IMG/VR virus record: IMGVR_UViG_3300021387_000573
Coordinates: 60,756 to 124,755 of that record
Reading direction: 5' to 3' (one strand)
Length of the DNA: 64,000 nucleotides
Origin: a virus
Taxonomy: Duplodnaviria; Caudoviricetes
In this document: piece by piece, positions 41,560 to 50,956 of the stretch
Layout of the letters: each line of letters begins with the position of its first letter
How positions within the stretch are numbered: position 1 is the first letter of the stretch
Program-made: the position numbers and the translations under genes
Notes under the pieces: model-generated
Told to the model about the DNA's origin: nothing
The model's database searches: none
Seen by the model: the letters and a program-made list of their open reading frames with translations, nothing else

Positions 41560-42906
41560 ATGGCAGATATCGCAGAGCTTTCGGATATTCAAAGCGAGAG
41601 CGGTATCATCGGGACACTGATCTACCACCCGGAATATATCGAACATACAGATTTTTTACAGCCCAACTATTTCTTCAACCTTGACAACGGCATTTTGTAC
41701 TGGGGCATTCGCGAACTGACTAGAGACGGTATCCAGACCATAGACGCCTATAACCTCTCGAACAAGTTGAAGTCCAACAAGGCGGTGCAGAAGCGGCTCG
41801 ACCAGTTCAATTTACCAGCCATCCAGGAATGGCTTGAGATGTTCCGTCAGGTAGCGAGGCACTCGCTCGAAGAGTATAAAGTTCTCGCCGAAGACGTTAC
41901 CTCTTTTGCCTTCAAACGCGAGCTTGTAAATTCGCTCGACAACCTTAAAGGGCTCTGCTTCAAGCGTGATACCGATCTGACCGTTCTGAGCAATAAGGTT
42001 TATGGCGAACTCGACGATCTGACACAGAAGTTTGTAACCAGCGAAGAGATCCACACGCTCGGAGATGAACTGGATGATATCTGGGCTGAGATTGAAAAAC
42101 GCAGATCGGCGGACGGAATATACGGCGTACCGTCGAAGTATCCATCCTTCCTTCCGTATTTTACATATGAACCAGGCGAATTGGTACTGATCCAGGCGAA
42201 GTACAAGCAGGGCAAATCCGCTCTCTTGATGAACGAGGCAGTCCACAAATTGCGCAATGGTGTTCCGACGCTGGTGGTCGATAGCGAGATGTCTACCAGA
42301 CAGTATACGGAGCGCCTGCTGTCTCACATCTCCGGCGTCAGCAACAAGAAGATCAAGAACGGCACCTATAACGAGGAAGAGTTCCAGCGCGTGCAGGAAG
42401 CCAGAGCGTGGCTCAAGCGCCAACCCTTTGTCCATATCTATGATCCGAATATGAACATGGACAAACTCTACTCTATCTGCAAGATGCTCAAGCGTAAGAT
42501 CGACCTCGGTTTTGTGATCTATGACTACTTGAAGTTCAACAATGGCACAAGCTCTGAGATCTACAACGTCCTCGGTGCAAAGTGTGATTTCTTGAAAAAC
42601 AAGATTGCCGGCGAGCTTGATCTTCCTGTTCTCAGTGCGGCGCAGCTCAATAGAGCAGGGGAGATCGCAGACAGTTACAAGATCAACATGTATCTGTCCG
42701 TCGCTATTAAGTGGGGCTACAAGACGCAGGAGATGCAGATCCGTGACGGTGTTGAGTGCGGCAACATGTACGCCAAGATCTATGTGAACCGCCTCGGCGA
42801 GCAGATGCAGGAGGATGACGAGGAAGCCTATATCGACTTCTGGTTCAATGGCGACACCATGACTGTAGAGGAAGCTGAACAACACCATAAGACGGATGAA
42901 TTTTGA
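41560..42906 (+). CDS. dnaB: DnaB-like replicative helicase
   Basis: AKYKQGKS Walker A, DSEM, YDYLK, AAQLNR. Confidence 0.9.
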   Translation: MADIAELSDIQSESGIIGTLIYHPEYIEHTDFLQPNYFFNLDNGILYWGIRELTRDGIQTIDAYNLSNKLKSNKAVQKRLDQFNLPAIQEWLEMFRQVARHSLEEYKVLAEDVTSFAFKRELVNSLDNLKGLCFKRDTDLTVLSNKVYGELDDLTQKFVTSEEIHTLGDELDDIWAEIEKRRSADGIYGVPSKYPSFLPYFTYEPGELVLIQAKYKQGKSALLMNEAVHKLRNGVPTLVVDSEMSTRQYTERLLSHISGVSNKKIKNGTYNEEEFQRVQEARAWLKRQPFVHIYDPNMNMDKLYSICKMLKRKIDLGFVIYDYLKFNNGTSSEIYNVLGAKCDFLKNKIAGELDLPVLSAAQLNRAGEIADSYKINMYLSVAIKWGYKTQEMQIRDGVECGNMYAKIYVNRLGEQMQEDDEEAYIDFWFNGDTMTVEEAEQHHKTDEF

Positions 42907-42923
42907 GAGAGGAGGCGCGGGTT

Positions 42924-43931
42924 ATGTCCAAATACGACGGCGAAATGCTCAAAGAGATCGACGACCGCGCCGACCTGATCGAATATGTCAGCCAGACGAT
43001 GGAGCTGGAGCAGAAAGGAGATAACCTGTGGGCGCATTGCCCGAAACACGTTGACGAAACCCCTTCCCTCAGCTTCAGTATAAAAGACGGGTTTTATCAC
43101 TGCTTCTCCTGTGGTCGCAGCGGTCGCATGATCTGGTGGCTGCATGACTACGAGGGTCTATCTATTGATGAAGCAGTAGAGAAGGCCGCACGCCTTGCCG
43201 ATGTAGACATCTCCAAGATGTGCCAGTCCGATACCGTCATCTACCTCAAAAAGCTAAAGAAGATGACCGCAAAAACATCTGTCAAGTATCAGCACCCGAT
43301 TCTGAGCAGCTCCGAATTGGACAAGTACCAGCAAGAACAGATTCCGGAATGGCTCGACGAAGGCATCGAGCAGAATGTCATGGACTTGTTTGGCGTCCGT
43401 GTTGATACCTGGCAAAACCGCATTGTTTATCCGGTCTATGATATTGATGGAAACCTGATCAATATCAAAGGCAGGACGCGGTATCCGAATTACAAACAGC
43501 TTCGGCTTTCAAAATATATGAACTACTTCAAGATTGGATGTCTTGACTATCTGCAAGGACTAAACATTGCCTTGACATATGTCAAGCAACAGAACGAGAT
43601 CATCATTTTTGAGTCCGTGAAGTCCGTGATGAAAGCGTATGGCTGGGGCTACAAGAACTGTGCCTCAGCCGAAACGCACGATCTGTCCGACGAGCAAGTT
43701 GCGTTGATCCTGAGTTTGAAAGTGAATGTGGTCTTCGCTTGGGACACCGATGTTGACTATCGCTCAGGCGATACAAAAAAACAGATCGACGCGCTCAAAC
43801 GAATCACGAATGTTTATATTATCCAAGATCCGCAGCAACTACTCGGCGGCAAGGAGTCAAAGAACGCACCGGTTGACTGTGGAAGAGAAGTATGGGAAGA
43901 GTTATACGCTAATAAGAGGAAGGTGGTCTGA
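42924..43931 (+). CDS. dnaG: DNA primase (CHC2 Zn finger + TOPRIM)
   Basis: CPKH.DETPS...YHCFSCG; IKGR; KYMN; FES; WDTD. Confidence 0.9.
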   Translation: MSKYDGEMLKEIDDRADLIEYVSQTMELEQKGDNLWAHCPKHVDETPSLSFSIKDGFYHCFSCGRSGRMIWWLHDYEGLSIDEAVEKAARLADVDISKMCQSDTVIYLKKLKKMTAKTSVKYQHPILSSSELDKYQQEQIPEWLDEGIEQNVMDLFGVRVDTWQNRIVYPVYDIDGNLINIKGRTRYPNYKQLRLSKYMNYFKIGCLDYLQGLNIALTYVKQQNEIIIFESVKSVMKAYGWGYKNCASAETHDLSDEQVALILSLKVNVVFAWDTDVDYRSGDTKKQIDALKRITNVYIIQDPQQLLGGKESKNAPVDCGREVWEELYANKRKVV

Positions 43932-44738
43932 ATCAGCGAGTATAAAGAAGAAATTGAGAAGATGCGCTGGTCGTATTCCAGACTGAGCTCCTTCAAGAAC
44001 TGCCCCTATGAATTCTATCTGAACTACATCATCAACGACCCCGATCTGTATCCAAACCAAGGCAACTTCTACGCGGAGAACGGTAGCCTTGCCCACGAAA
44101 CGCTGGAGAAGTATTTCAAAGGCGAACTGTCGCTGGACGAAGCGGCAGAGTATTATGTCAACCAATTTGACGAGCAGATTTTTAACCGCGTCAAGCAGTC
44201 AATCATGGATAAGAAGTTTGAAGCCTGCGCCGATTACTTCTCCATTGTAGATTTTGATTGGCTGAAGGACTATGAGATCCTCGGCGTAGAGTTGGAACTG
44301 CATTTCAAAATCGCCGGAAAAGAGTTCATCGCATACATAGACCTGCTGATTCGAGATAAGGACACCGGTGACATCATCGTCATTGACCACAAGTCTTCCG
44401 CCTGCCCGGTCGGCAAGAGCGGTAAAGTGCTGAAGAATCACAAGGAGACATTTGAATCGCATAAGCGCCAGGGCTACATCTACGCCGCAGCGGTCAAGCA
44501 GAACTTCGGTGTATTCCCGAAGGTGCTTGCGTGGAACCATTTCGCAGATGGTGGTAAGTTTATGGAAGTGCTGTTTGATGAGAACGAGTATAACGAGACT
44601 ATGAACTGGGTAGCCGATACTATTGCAAAGATTGAGAGAGAAGAAGGTTTCGAGCCTGTACTCAATTTCTTCTACTGCACGCAACTTTGCGGTTTTCGCA
44701 ATTCTTGCGAATACGCAGCAGTTGCGGATTGGAAGTGA
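43932..44738 (+). CDS. PD-(D/E)XK RecB/AddB-like nuclease with 4-Cys cluster; probable ATC start
   Basis: SYSRLSSFKNCP, GSLAHETLE, IDL...IDHKS, Q..IY, C...C.F...C. Confidence 0.85.
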   Translation: MSEYKEEIEKMRWSYSRLSSFKNCPYEFYLNYIINDPDLYPNQGNFYAENGSLAHETLEKYFKGELSLDEAAEYYVNQFDEQIFNRVKQSIMDKKFEACADYFSIVDFDWLKDYEILGVELELHFKIAGKEFIAYIDLLIRDKDTGDIIVIDHKSSACPVGKSGKVLKNHKETFESHKRQGYIYAAAVKQNFGVFPKVLAWNHFADGGKFMEVLFDENEYNETMNWVADTIAKIEREEGFEPVLNFFYCTQLCGFRNSCEYAAVADWK

Positions 44739-44741
44739 TAC

Positions 44742-45923
44742 ATGAGATACAATAATTATCATAAACACGACCACTACGGAAATCCTTGGATCAGAGATGT
44801 CGTAACAAAGCCAGAGGATTATATCGCCAGAGCGACAGAACTTGGACATACAACTGTTTTTACCACGAACCATGGCGTAACCGGCAGCATCTTTGACTGG
44901 ATCACACAGACGAAGGATACCAGCCTAAAAATGATATACGGCACGGAAGCCTATTTCGTGCCAAACCGTTTTGAAAAAGACAGAAGCAATAAGCACCTCA
45001 TTATCATCGCAAGAAATAACGATGGCGTTATGCAGCTCAACGATATCATGTCTGAGGCGCATGACACAGGCTTTTATTATCGGCCTCGTATCGACCGCGA
45101 GCTCTTGTTTTCTCTTGATCCAAAGAATGTGATTGTCACAAGCGCATGCGTGGCCGGCATCTGGGATGAACCAGAGCTTCTCCTGGAACTCAAACAACGT
45201 TTTGGAGATCATTTCTTCCTTGAACTTCAGGCGCATGATATTGAGATACAGAAAACTGTAAATCAGCAGATGCTCTCTTTCAGCAAGGAAGCCGGCATTC
45301 CGATCATCCACGCCAACGACAGCCACTATATTCTTCCGGATGATGCCGAGTTTCGCAAAGTCTATCTGCGCGGGCATGAACAGTTCTACGAGTCCGAGGA
45401 TGGCATGGTCTTGGACTATCCGGATTCCGACACAATTTTTGCGCGGTATGAAAAGCAGGGGATTCTCACAAGGCAGCAGGTGCAGGAGGCGTTGGAAAAC
45501 ACGCTTGTTTTTGATGAGTGTGAACCGATCACTATCATCAACGACGATATCAAGCTACCCTCTGTGTCGGATGATCCAAATCAGGATCTGAAAGATATTA
45601 TCAACGAACGATGGAAACAGGAAAAGAAAACGATTCCCAAAGAAAAGCACCACGAGTATCTGAAGGCGATTCGGGAAGAAGTAAAGACCGTCGAAGATAC
45701 CAACATGGCGAACTACTTCCTTATAGATTATAACGTCGCCAAGCTCGCGCAGGAGAAATATGGCGGTCGCCTCACTAATACCGGCAGAGGCTCTGCTCCC
45801 AGCTTCTATATCACAAAGATGCTTGGTCTCACGGATATTGACCGAGTTTCCGCGCCAATTACACTTTTTCCGTCAAGATTTATGTCAGTCGAACGTATCT
45901 TAGGCAGCAGGTCGTTACCCGAT
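44742..45923 (+). CDS. dnaE: DNA polymerase III alpha, exon 1 (PHP domain)
   Basis: HKHDHY, TNHG, NDSHY, GRGSA; ends RSLPD. Confidence 0.93.
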
Positions 45924-46929
45924 AAACAAGTATGAATGAAAACATATGGTCAGTTTACATGCACATTAACAAGGTTAATGGCAAAAAGTACATAGGAATT
46001 ACAAGCCAGGACCCGGAAAGAAGGTGGGGTTCTGACGGAAACAAATACCAAAAATCAGTTTTTAAAAACGCTATCAAAAAATATGGATGGGATAACTTCC
46101 AGCACGAAGTAATCTTCCGTAGTTTATCAGAAGAAGATGCAAAATACTTGGAGCGTCTATTTATTAAATGCTTCGATACGAAAATCCCGAATGGTTATAA
46201 CATGACGGATGGCGGCGATGGAACCGTTGGTCTATCTCCAAGTGAAGAGGTCAGGACCAAAATGTCTGTTGCCTCCAAGACAAAGTGGGAAGATCCAGCC
46301 TTTAGAGCAAAAATGACGGCGTTAAGAAACGATTGTAATGGAGCGTATCAATCCGAAGAGTTTAGAAATAAAATCTCAATGCTCGTTTCAGGAGAAAAGA
46401 ATCCAAATTTCAATCACAAATGGACAGATGAAATGAAACAGAGTCTTAGAGAAAAACAGAAGAACAATCCTATGTATCAAAACGAGACCAACCCAAATGC
46501 GAAAAAGATTCGGTGTATTGAAACCGGAGAAGTTTTTAATTGTATGAAATATGCACAAGAACGATTTGAACTTAAATCAACAGGGTCGTTCACGGCAGCA
46601 ATTAAAAAAGGAAAGACAGCAGCCGGTTATCATTGGGAATATGTTTGACATTTATAAATGTCGCTATATGCAGTGATACATATAGAAAACCCAGAATATC
46701 AGGGGAAACCGTTAGAGCCATTATTACCAAGCGCGAGTGAAAACAAAGCGTGGCGCTGCCAACTACAGCGGTATGGTAACAAGATAATGGATTTGGCAAT
46801 CCTGAGAGACAGCCCTAAACCGCAAGGCAAGGGAAGCTCGCAACGACTACCAATGGGCATCCGAGATAATATCAACGATGATGGTATAGTCTACTCCCTT
46901 TAAATATGGGGAAACCCAGGGTATAAAGG
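45924..46929 (+). mobile_element. Group I intron (IA-like) in dnaE
   Basis: Removal joins CCC GAT|ATC GAC to give the catalytic PDID; exon ends in U and intron ends in G; Q AATCCTGAG; P7 GACTA(46845)/TAGTC(46887). Confidence 0.92.
45932..46648 (+). CDS. Intron-encoded GIY-YIG homing endonuclease (NUMOD3-like C-terminus)
   Basis: SVYMH...KKYIGIT, GYNMTDGG, GEKNP. Confidence 0.9.
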   Translation: MNENIWSVYMHINKVNGKKYIGITSQDPERRWGSDGNKYQKSVFKNAIKKYGWDNFQHEVIFRSLSEEDAKYLERLFIKCFDTKIPNGYNMTDGGDGTVGLSPSEEVRTKMSVASKTKWEDPAFRAKMTALRNDCNGAYQSEEFRNKISMLVSGEKNPNFNHKWTDEMKQSLREKQKNNPMYQNETNPNAKKIRCIETGEVFNCMKYAQERFELKSTGSFTAAIKKGKTAAGYHWEYV

Positions 46930-48828
46930 ATCGACCTTAACACAGCCGATCGTGTCCCGTTCATCAAGGCCACAGAAGACCTTCTCGGTAAAGAGAACTG
47001 TGCGTGGATGCTGGCATGGAAGCCTCTCCAGGATTCCTCTGCTTTCCGCCTCTATTGCAAAGGGATCGGGCTTCACATCTCCGAATACGATGATGTTGCC
47101 AAGAATCTGGACGCCTACCGCGAAGATAAAAAGTGGAAGGACATTATCGAGAAGAGCAAACGTTTTATCGGCGTGATCGACAGCGTGTCGGAATCGCCGT
47201 GCTCCATGCTTCTGTACTATAAGCCTGTGCGAAAAGAGATCGGCCTCGTCCGCATGACCGGCAGCGGCAAGATCTGCTGTATGCTGGATGGCTATAACTG
47301 CGATAAGTATAAGTATCTCAAGAACGATTATTTGACCGTCACAGTATGGGCTATCATCAAAGATGTGTGTGAAATGGCCGACATCCCAATCCCTACGATC
47401 CGGGAAATGGATGAGCTCTTGGATGAGAAAACATTTGATGTTTACGAAAAAGGTCTGACATGTACCATCAACCAGGCTGATAGTGAGTTTGCGACGGCGC
47501 TTGCCAAGCGATATAAGCCGCACAGCGTTTCAGAAATGTCCGCCTTTGTCGCTATCATTCGCCCAGGATGCGCAAGCTTGCTCCAGGATTTTGTCGATCG
47601 CAAGCCTTATACGACCGGCGTCACGGAATTGGATGACATTCTGATCGAAGGCAAGCACCGTATGATCTATCAGGAGCTTATCATGAAATATCTGATCTGG
47701 CTCGGCATCCCGGAAACAGGCAGCTACGATATCATTAAGAAGATTGCAAAGAAAAAATTCAAGGAAAAAGAGCTTGCCGATCTAAAGAAAAAGCTTCTTA
47801 AAGGCTGGATCAAACGTGTCGGCGAAGAGGATGGCTTTATCGAAACGTGGACGGTGGTAGAGCAGGCCGCGCATTATTCCTTCAACGCGTCACACTCGCT
47901 GTCATATGCCTATGACAGCCTGTACGGAGCCTACCTAAAGTCCCATTATCCGCTCGAATACTACACCGTTGCTCTGAATTATTATGCCGATGATGCAGAT
48001 CGAACCATGAAGCTTACGGATGAGCTTTCCTATTTCGGCATCAAGCTGAAACCTATCAAATTCAGGCACTCCAAAGGCGGCTATGTTTTGTCAAGAGAAG
48101 ATAACAGCATCTATAAAGGGATCGGCTCCATCAAGCACATGAACGATGATGCGGCAGATGCTCTGTATGAGCTTCGGGATAACCGTTATGAATCGTTTGC
48201 CGAACTTCTTCGTGACATCAAAGAAAAAACATCCTTGGATTCTCGCCAACTCAAAATCCTGATCGAACTTGATTTCTTTTCTGAGTTTGGAGATGCAAAC
48301 TATCTGCTGAAGTTGTCAGAAATCTTTGACAGTTTTTCTGACAAGCAACTCCGAAAAGAGAAACTGGATGTGCTTGGTATCAACTTGGACGTTGTTCGTC
48401 CTCTGTGTGGCCGCGAAACAGATAAGATGTTCACACAGTTTGATAAGGCCACTGTGGTAAAAGAGATCGGCAGACACATCCGTTACACGAAGCGCACGCT
48501 GCGACAGGAGCTTGAAGCACAAGCTGAGTACCTTGGTTATCTGACAACCTCTGGAGAACAGTACATGGGTATCGGTATGGTTATGGAAGTTGACACCAAA
48601 TATTCCCCGAAGCTGAAGGTATATTCCTTAAAACAGGGCGAAACTATCGACTGCAAGATCGACAGAAAGACGTTCAACAAGGTAAGGCTCAAAGAGCGCG
48701 ACATCATCAAGATTCAGGGGCAGACACGCAAACCGAAGGTCAGGAAGAACGAAGCAGGGGAGTGGGAGCCTATTCCCGGCGTCAATGAGATTTGGATTAC
48801 GAAGTATCAGAAAGTAGAGAATTTGTGA
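46930..48828 (+). CDS. dnaE: DNA polymerase III alpha, exon 2
   Basis: IDLN..., KNDYL, IRPG, YQE, YSFNASHS..Y, YLKSHYP. Confidence 0.93.
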   Translation: MDLNTADRVPFIKATEDLLGKENCAWMLAWKPLQDSSAFRLYCKGIGLHISEYDDVAKNLDAYREDKKWKDIIEKSKRFIGVIDSVSESPCSMLLYYKPVRKEIGLVRMTGSGKICCMLDGYNCDKYKYLKNDYLTVTVWAIIKDVCEMADIPIPTIREMDELLDEKTFDVYEKGLTCTINQADSEFATALAKRYKPHSVSEMSAFVAIIRPGCASLLQDFVDRKPYTTGVTELDDILIEGKHRMIYQELIMKYLIWLGIPETGSYDIIKKIAKKKFKEKELADLKKKLLKGWIKRVGEEDGFIETWTVVEQAAHYSFNASHSLSYAYDSLYGAYLKSHYPLEYYTVALNYYADDADRTMKLTDELSYFGIKLKPIKFRHSKGGYVLSREDNSIYKGIGSIKHMNDDAADALYELRDNRYESFAELLRDIKEKTSLDSRQLKILIELDFFSEFGDANYLLKLSEIFDSFSDKQLRKEKLDVLGINLDVVRPLCGRETDKMFTQFDKATVVKEIGRHIRYTKRTLRQELEAQAEYLGYLTTSGEQYMGIGMVMEVDTKYSPKLKVYSLKQGETIDCKIDRKTFNKVRLKERDIIKIQGQTRKPKVRKNEAGEWEPIPGVNEIWITKYQKVENL

Positions 48829-48838
48829 GGAAAGTCGT

Positions 48839-49687
48839 TTGAAAAAATTAGGTATTACATATGAAGAGTTCAAGAAGCACCTGGAAGCCGTCGTAAGAAA
48901 TATGCGATTCCAAGATGGGCTGATTGATCTTACTGTTGCGTTTAACAAGCAGTCGCGAGATGAGTGTGAGTTGATGTTCCCGATGATGGTTGACAATGTG
49001 GTGGATCTCTTGGCAACGATTATGCATGACGAAGATGATTGGATCGCATACTGGGTATTTGAACTGGATTGCGGCAATGAGTACAAGGATGGCTGCGTCA
49101 CAGAGGCAGATGGATCTATTGTCAAACTGAAGACCATTGAAGACCTGTGGAACTGCCTCATAAAAAATTTAGAAGCAGACAACAGAAACTGTTGACAAAT
49201 GCAAAATAAATGCTATAATACCATCAGGAGGTAACGATGACACAGGAACAAGAAGCGAAACTCGATAAAGCCCTCAAAGAAGAGTTCGAAAAGGTCAGGG
49301 TTAATAGCCTACGCACTGGAGCTCGTATGATTTGTGGCGCGGTTCTGGAGATCGCGCACAGAGACAAGCCGTATAACCAGCGCATCAACGAGATCGTAGA
49401 ATTCTGCAACACGACACTCGGGAAAGCAAAGGTAGACGATGCGGGCAGTGGAGAATGAATGCGTCGGCTGTCCACCGGACCTTGGCTGTATCGGTAAGGC
49501 GTGTTCATATAGAAATGTTGAGCGTGTCTACTGCGATCTGTGCGGAGATGAAGCCGAATACATAGTTGACGACGAAGAGCTCTGCGAAGATTGCGCCAAG
49601 AAACGCATTCTCGAAGTGTTCAATAACTTTGATATTTTTGAGCAGGCTAGTATGTTGGCCATTGGTTTGCAAAATATAGGAGGTTGA
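48839..49687 (+). CDS. Three hypothetical genes (48839-49195, 49237-49458, 49439-49687)
   Basis: Tandem ORFs. Confidence 0.65.
49192..49219 (+). promoter_or_regulatory. Sigma-A promoter with CTGTTGACAAATGCA box
   Basis: TTGACA-16-TATAAT with extended TG. Confidence 0.85.
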
Positions 49688-49691
49688 TTTA

Positions 49692-50276
49692 TTGCTTGTG
49701 ATTCTTGGGGAATCCGGCAGCGGAAAGACTACCCTGATTAAGGGTTTGGCCGGCGAGGATTCCAAGTACAAACGCATTGTTACATATACGACCAGACCGG
49801 AACGCGACGGCGAAGTAAACCACATTGACTACAATTTCATATCAGAGCAAGACTTTCACTATCTTGATAAACATAATTTCTTCGCTGAAAGTATGAACTA
49901 TCGTGGCTGGTTTTACGGCATCGCAAAGAAGGATTGTCTGGAAGAAAATGCAGCCGCCGTACTTACTCCGCATGGCCTGCGCACGATGAAGAAACTCGGC
50001 ATTTCTACCACGTCGATTTATCTTGACGTTGACCGCCGAACAAGACTGATCAATATGCTGAAGCGCGGAGATGATATCGAGGAGGCATACCGCAGAAACC
50101 TCACGGACGTAGGCGAGTTCGATGGTGTATCGGACGAGGTTGACTTCACTATAAATAATTGTGAGTTTAAATATACACCAGATGAGATCCTGAAAATTGC
50201 TAATGCGTTTCTAAATCCTCCGGATAGCACAGTGCTTCCTGGTCAGCACAGTTTGTTTGATGAGGTGGCGACGTGA
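49692..50276 (+). CDS. gmk: Guanylate kinase-like protein
   Basis: GESGSGKT, TYTTRPERDGE...DYNF, YG. Confidence 0.9.
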   Translation: MLVILGESGSGKTTLIKGLAGEDSKYKRIVTYTTRPERDGEVNHIDYNFISEQDFHYLDKHNFFAESMNYRGWFYGIAKKDCLEENAAAVLTPHGLRTMKKLGISTTSIYLDVDRRTRLINMLKRGDDIEEAYRRNLTDVGEFDGVSDEVDFTINNCEFKYTPDEILKIANAFLNPPDSTVLPGQHSLFDEVAT

Positions 50277-50710
50277 AGAATTATACGATTTACACCTGTG
50301 GTAAGATGAGCGGTTTGACCCTCTCTGAACAGATGAACTGGCGTCTCAAAATCGAAAAAGCGGTTGAACGTATCAAACCAGAGAATGTTGCTGTTACGTT
50401 TATCCATCCTCCGTTCTATTATAACTACGAGTATGACAGTCAGAGAACGCAGCAGGAGATTAAGAGATGGGAGCTCGGCGTCGTCCGAGACAAGTGCGAT
50501 GTAGTGGTTGTCAATCTTGATGGGATCAACGACAGCGTTGGTTCACACTATGAGATAGCGACTGTCGATGCGATCAAAGATAGATTCGTTCCCGTGATTG
50601 GGATAGGTGATCCAGAAGGCGTTCACCCGTGGATTCTGGACAGCCTGCTTCGTATCGAAGATAACTATGATTCCGCAGCCGAATTCATCGGCACTTATTT
50701 ATTCCTTTAA
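50273..50710 (+). CDS. Nucleoside 2-deoxyribosyltransferase-like protein
   Basis: IYTCGKM, CDVVVVNL...SVGSHYEI. Confidence 0.65.
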   Translation: MKNYTIYTCGKMSGLTLSEQMNWRLKIEKAVERIKPENVAVTFIHPPFYYNYEYDSQRTQQEIKRWELGVVRDKCDVVVVNLDGINDSVGSHYEIATVDAIKDRFVPVIGIGDPEGVHPWILDSLLRIEDNYDSAAEFIGTYLFL

Positions 50711-50742
50711 TAAGCAGTCAAAAACAACTAAATGGAGGCTAT

Positions 50743-50955
50743 ATGGCAGAGAAAGTAATTTTTTATTCAACCGGTTGCCCTAAGTGCAAAGTCTTGAAGA
50801 ACAAGCTGGAAGCAAAAAGTATTACATACACAGAAAATACAAATATTGCAGAGATGCAGTCGCTTGGCATGATGTCTGCTCCCGCTTTGATGGTTGGCGA
50901 CGAATTGCTGGACTTTGGGCATGCTGTTACTTGGGTCAACAATCAGGGGGTATAA
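50743..50955 (+). CDS. Glutaredoxin/NrdH-like redoxin
   Basis: CPKC active site; SAP motif. Confidence 0.85.
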   Translation: MAEKVIFYSTGCPKCKVLKNKLEAKSITYTENTNIAEMQSLGMMSAPALMVGDELLDFGHAVTWVNNQGV

Positions 50956-50956
50956 G

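Noticed and set aside
41812-42888. Long minus-strand ORFs (also 39365-40465, 28009-28836, 29110-30027, 1169-1972) and plus-strand 62542-63414
   Set aside because: Antisense shadows of well-supported genes; no RBS or recognisable motifs
43932-44738. Cas4 / CRISPR system
   Set aside because: Cas4-like fold is in a replication context; no cas1/cas2 and no regularly spaced repeat-spacer array seen in the window
46658-46903. 81-aa ORF
   Set aside because: Lies within the group I intron catalytic core
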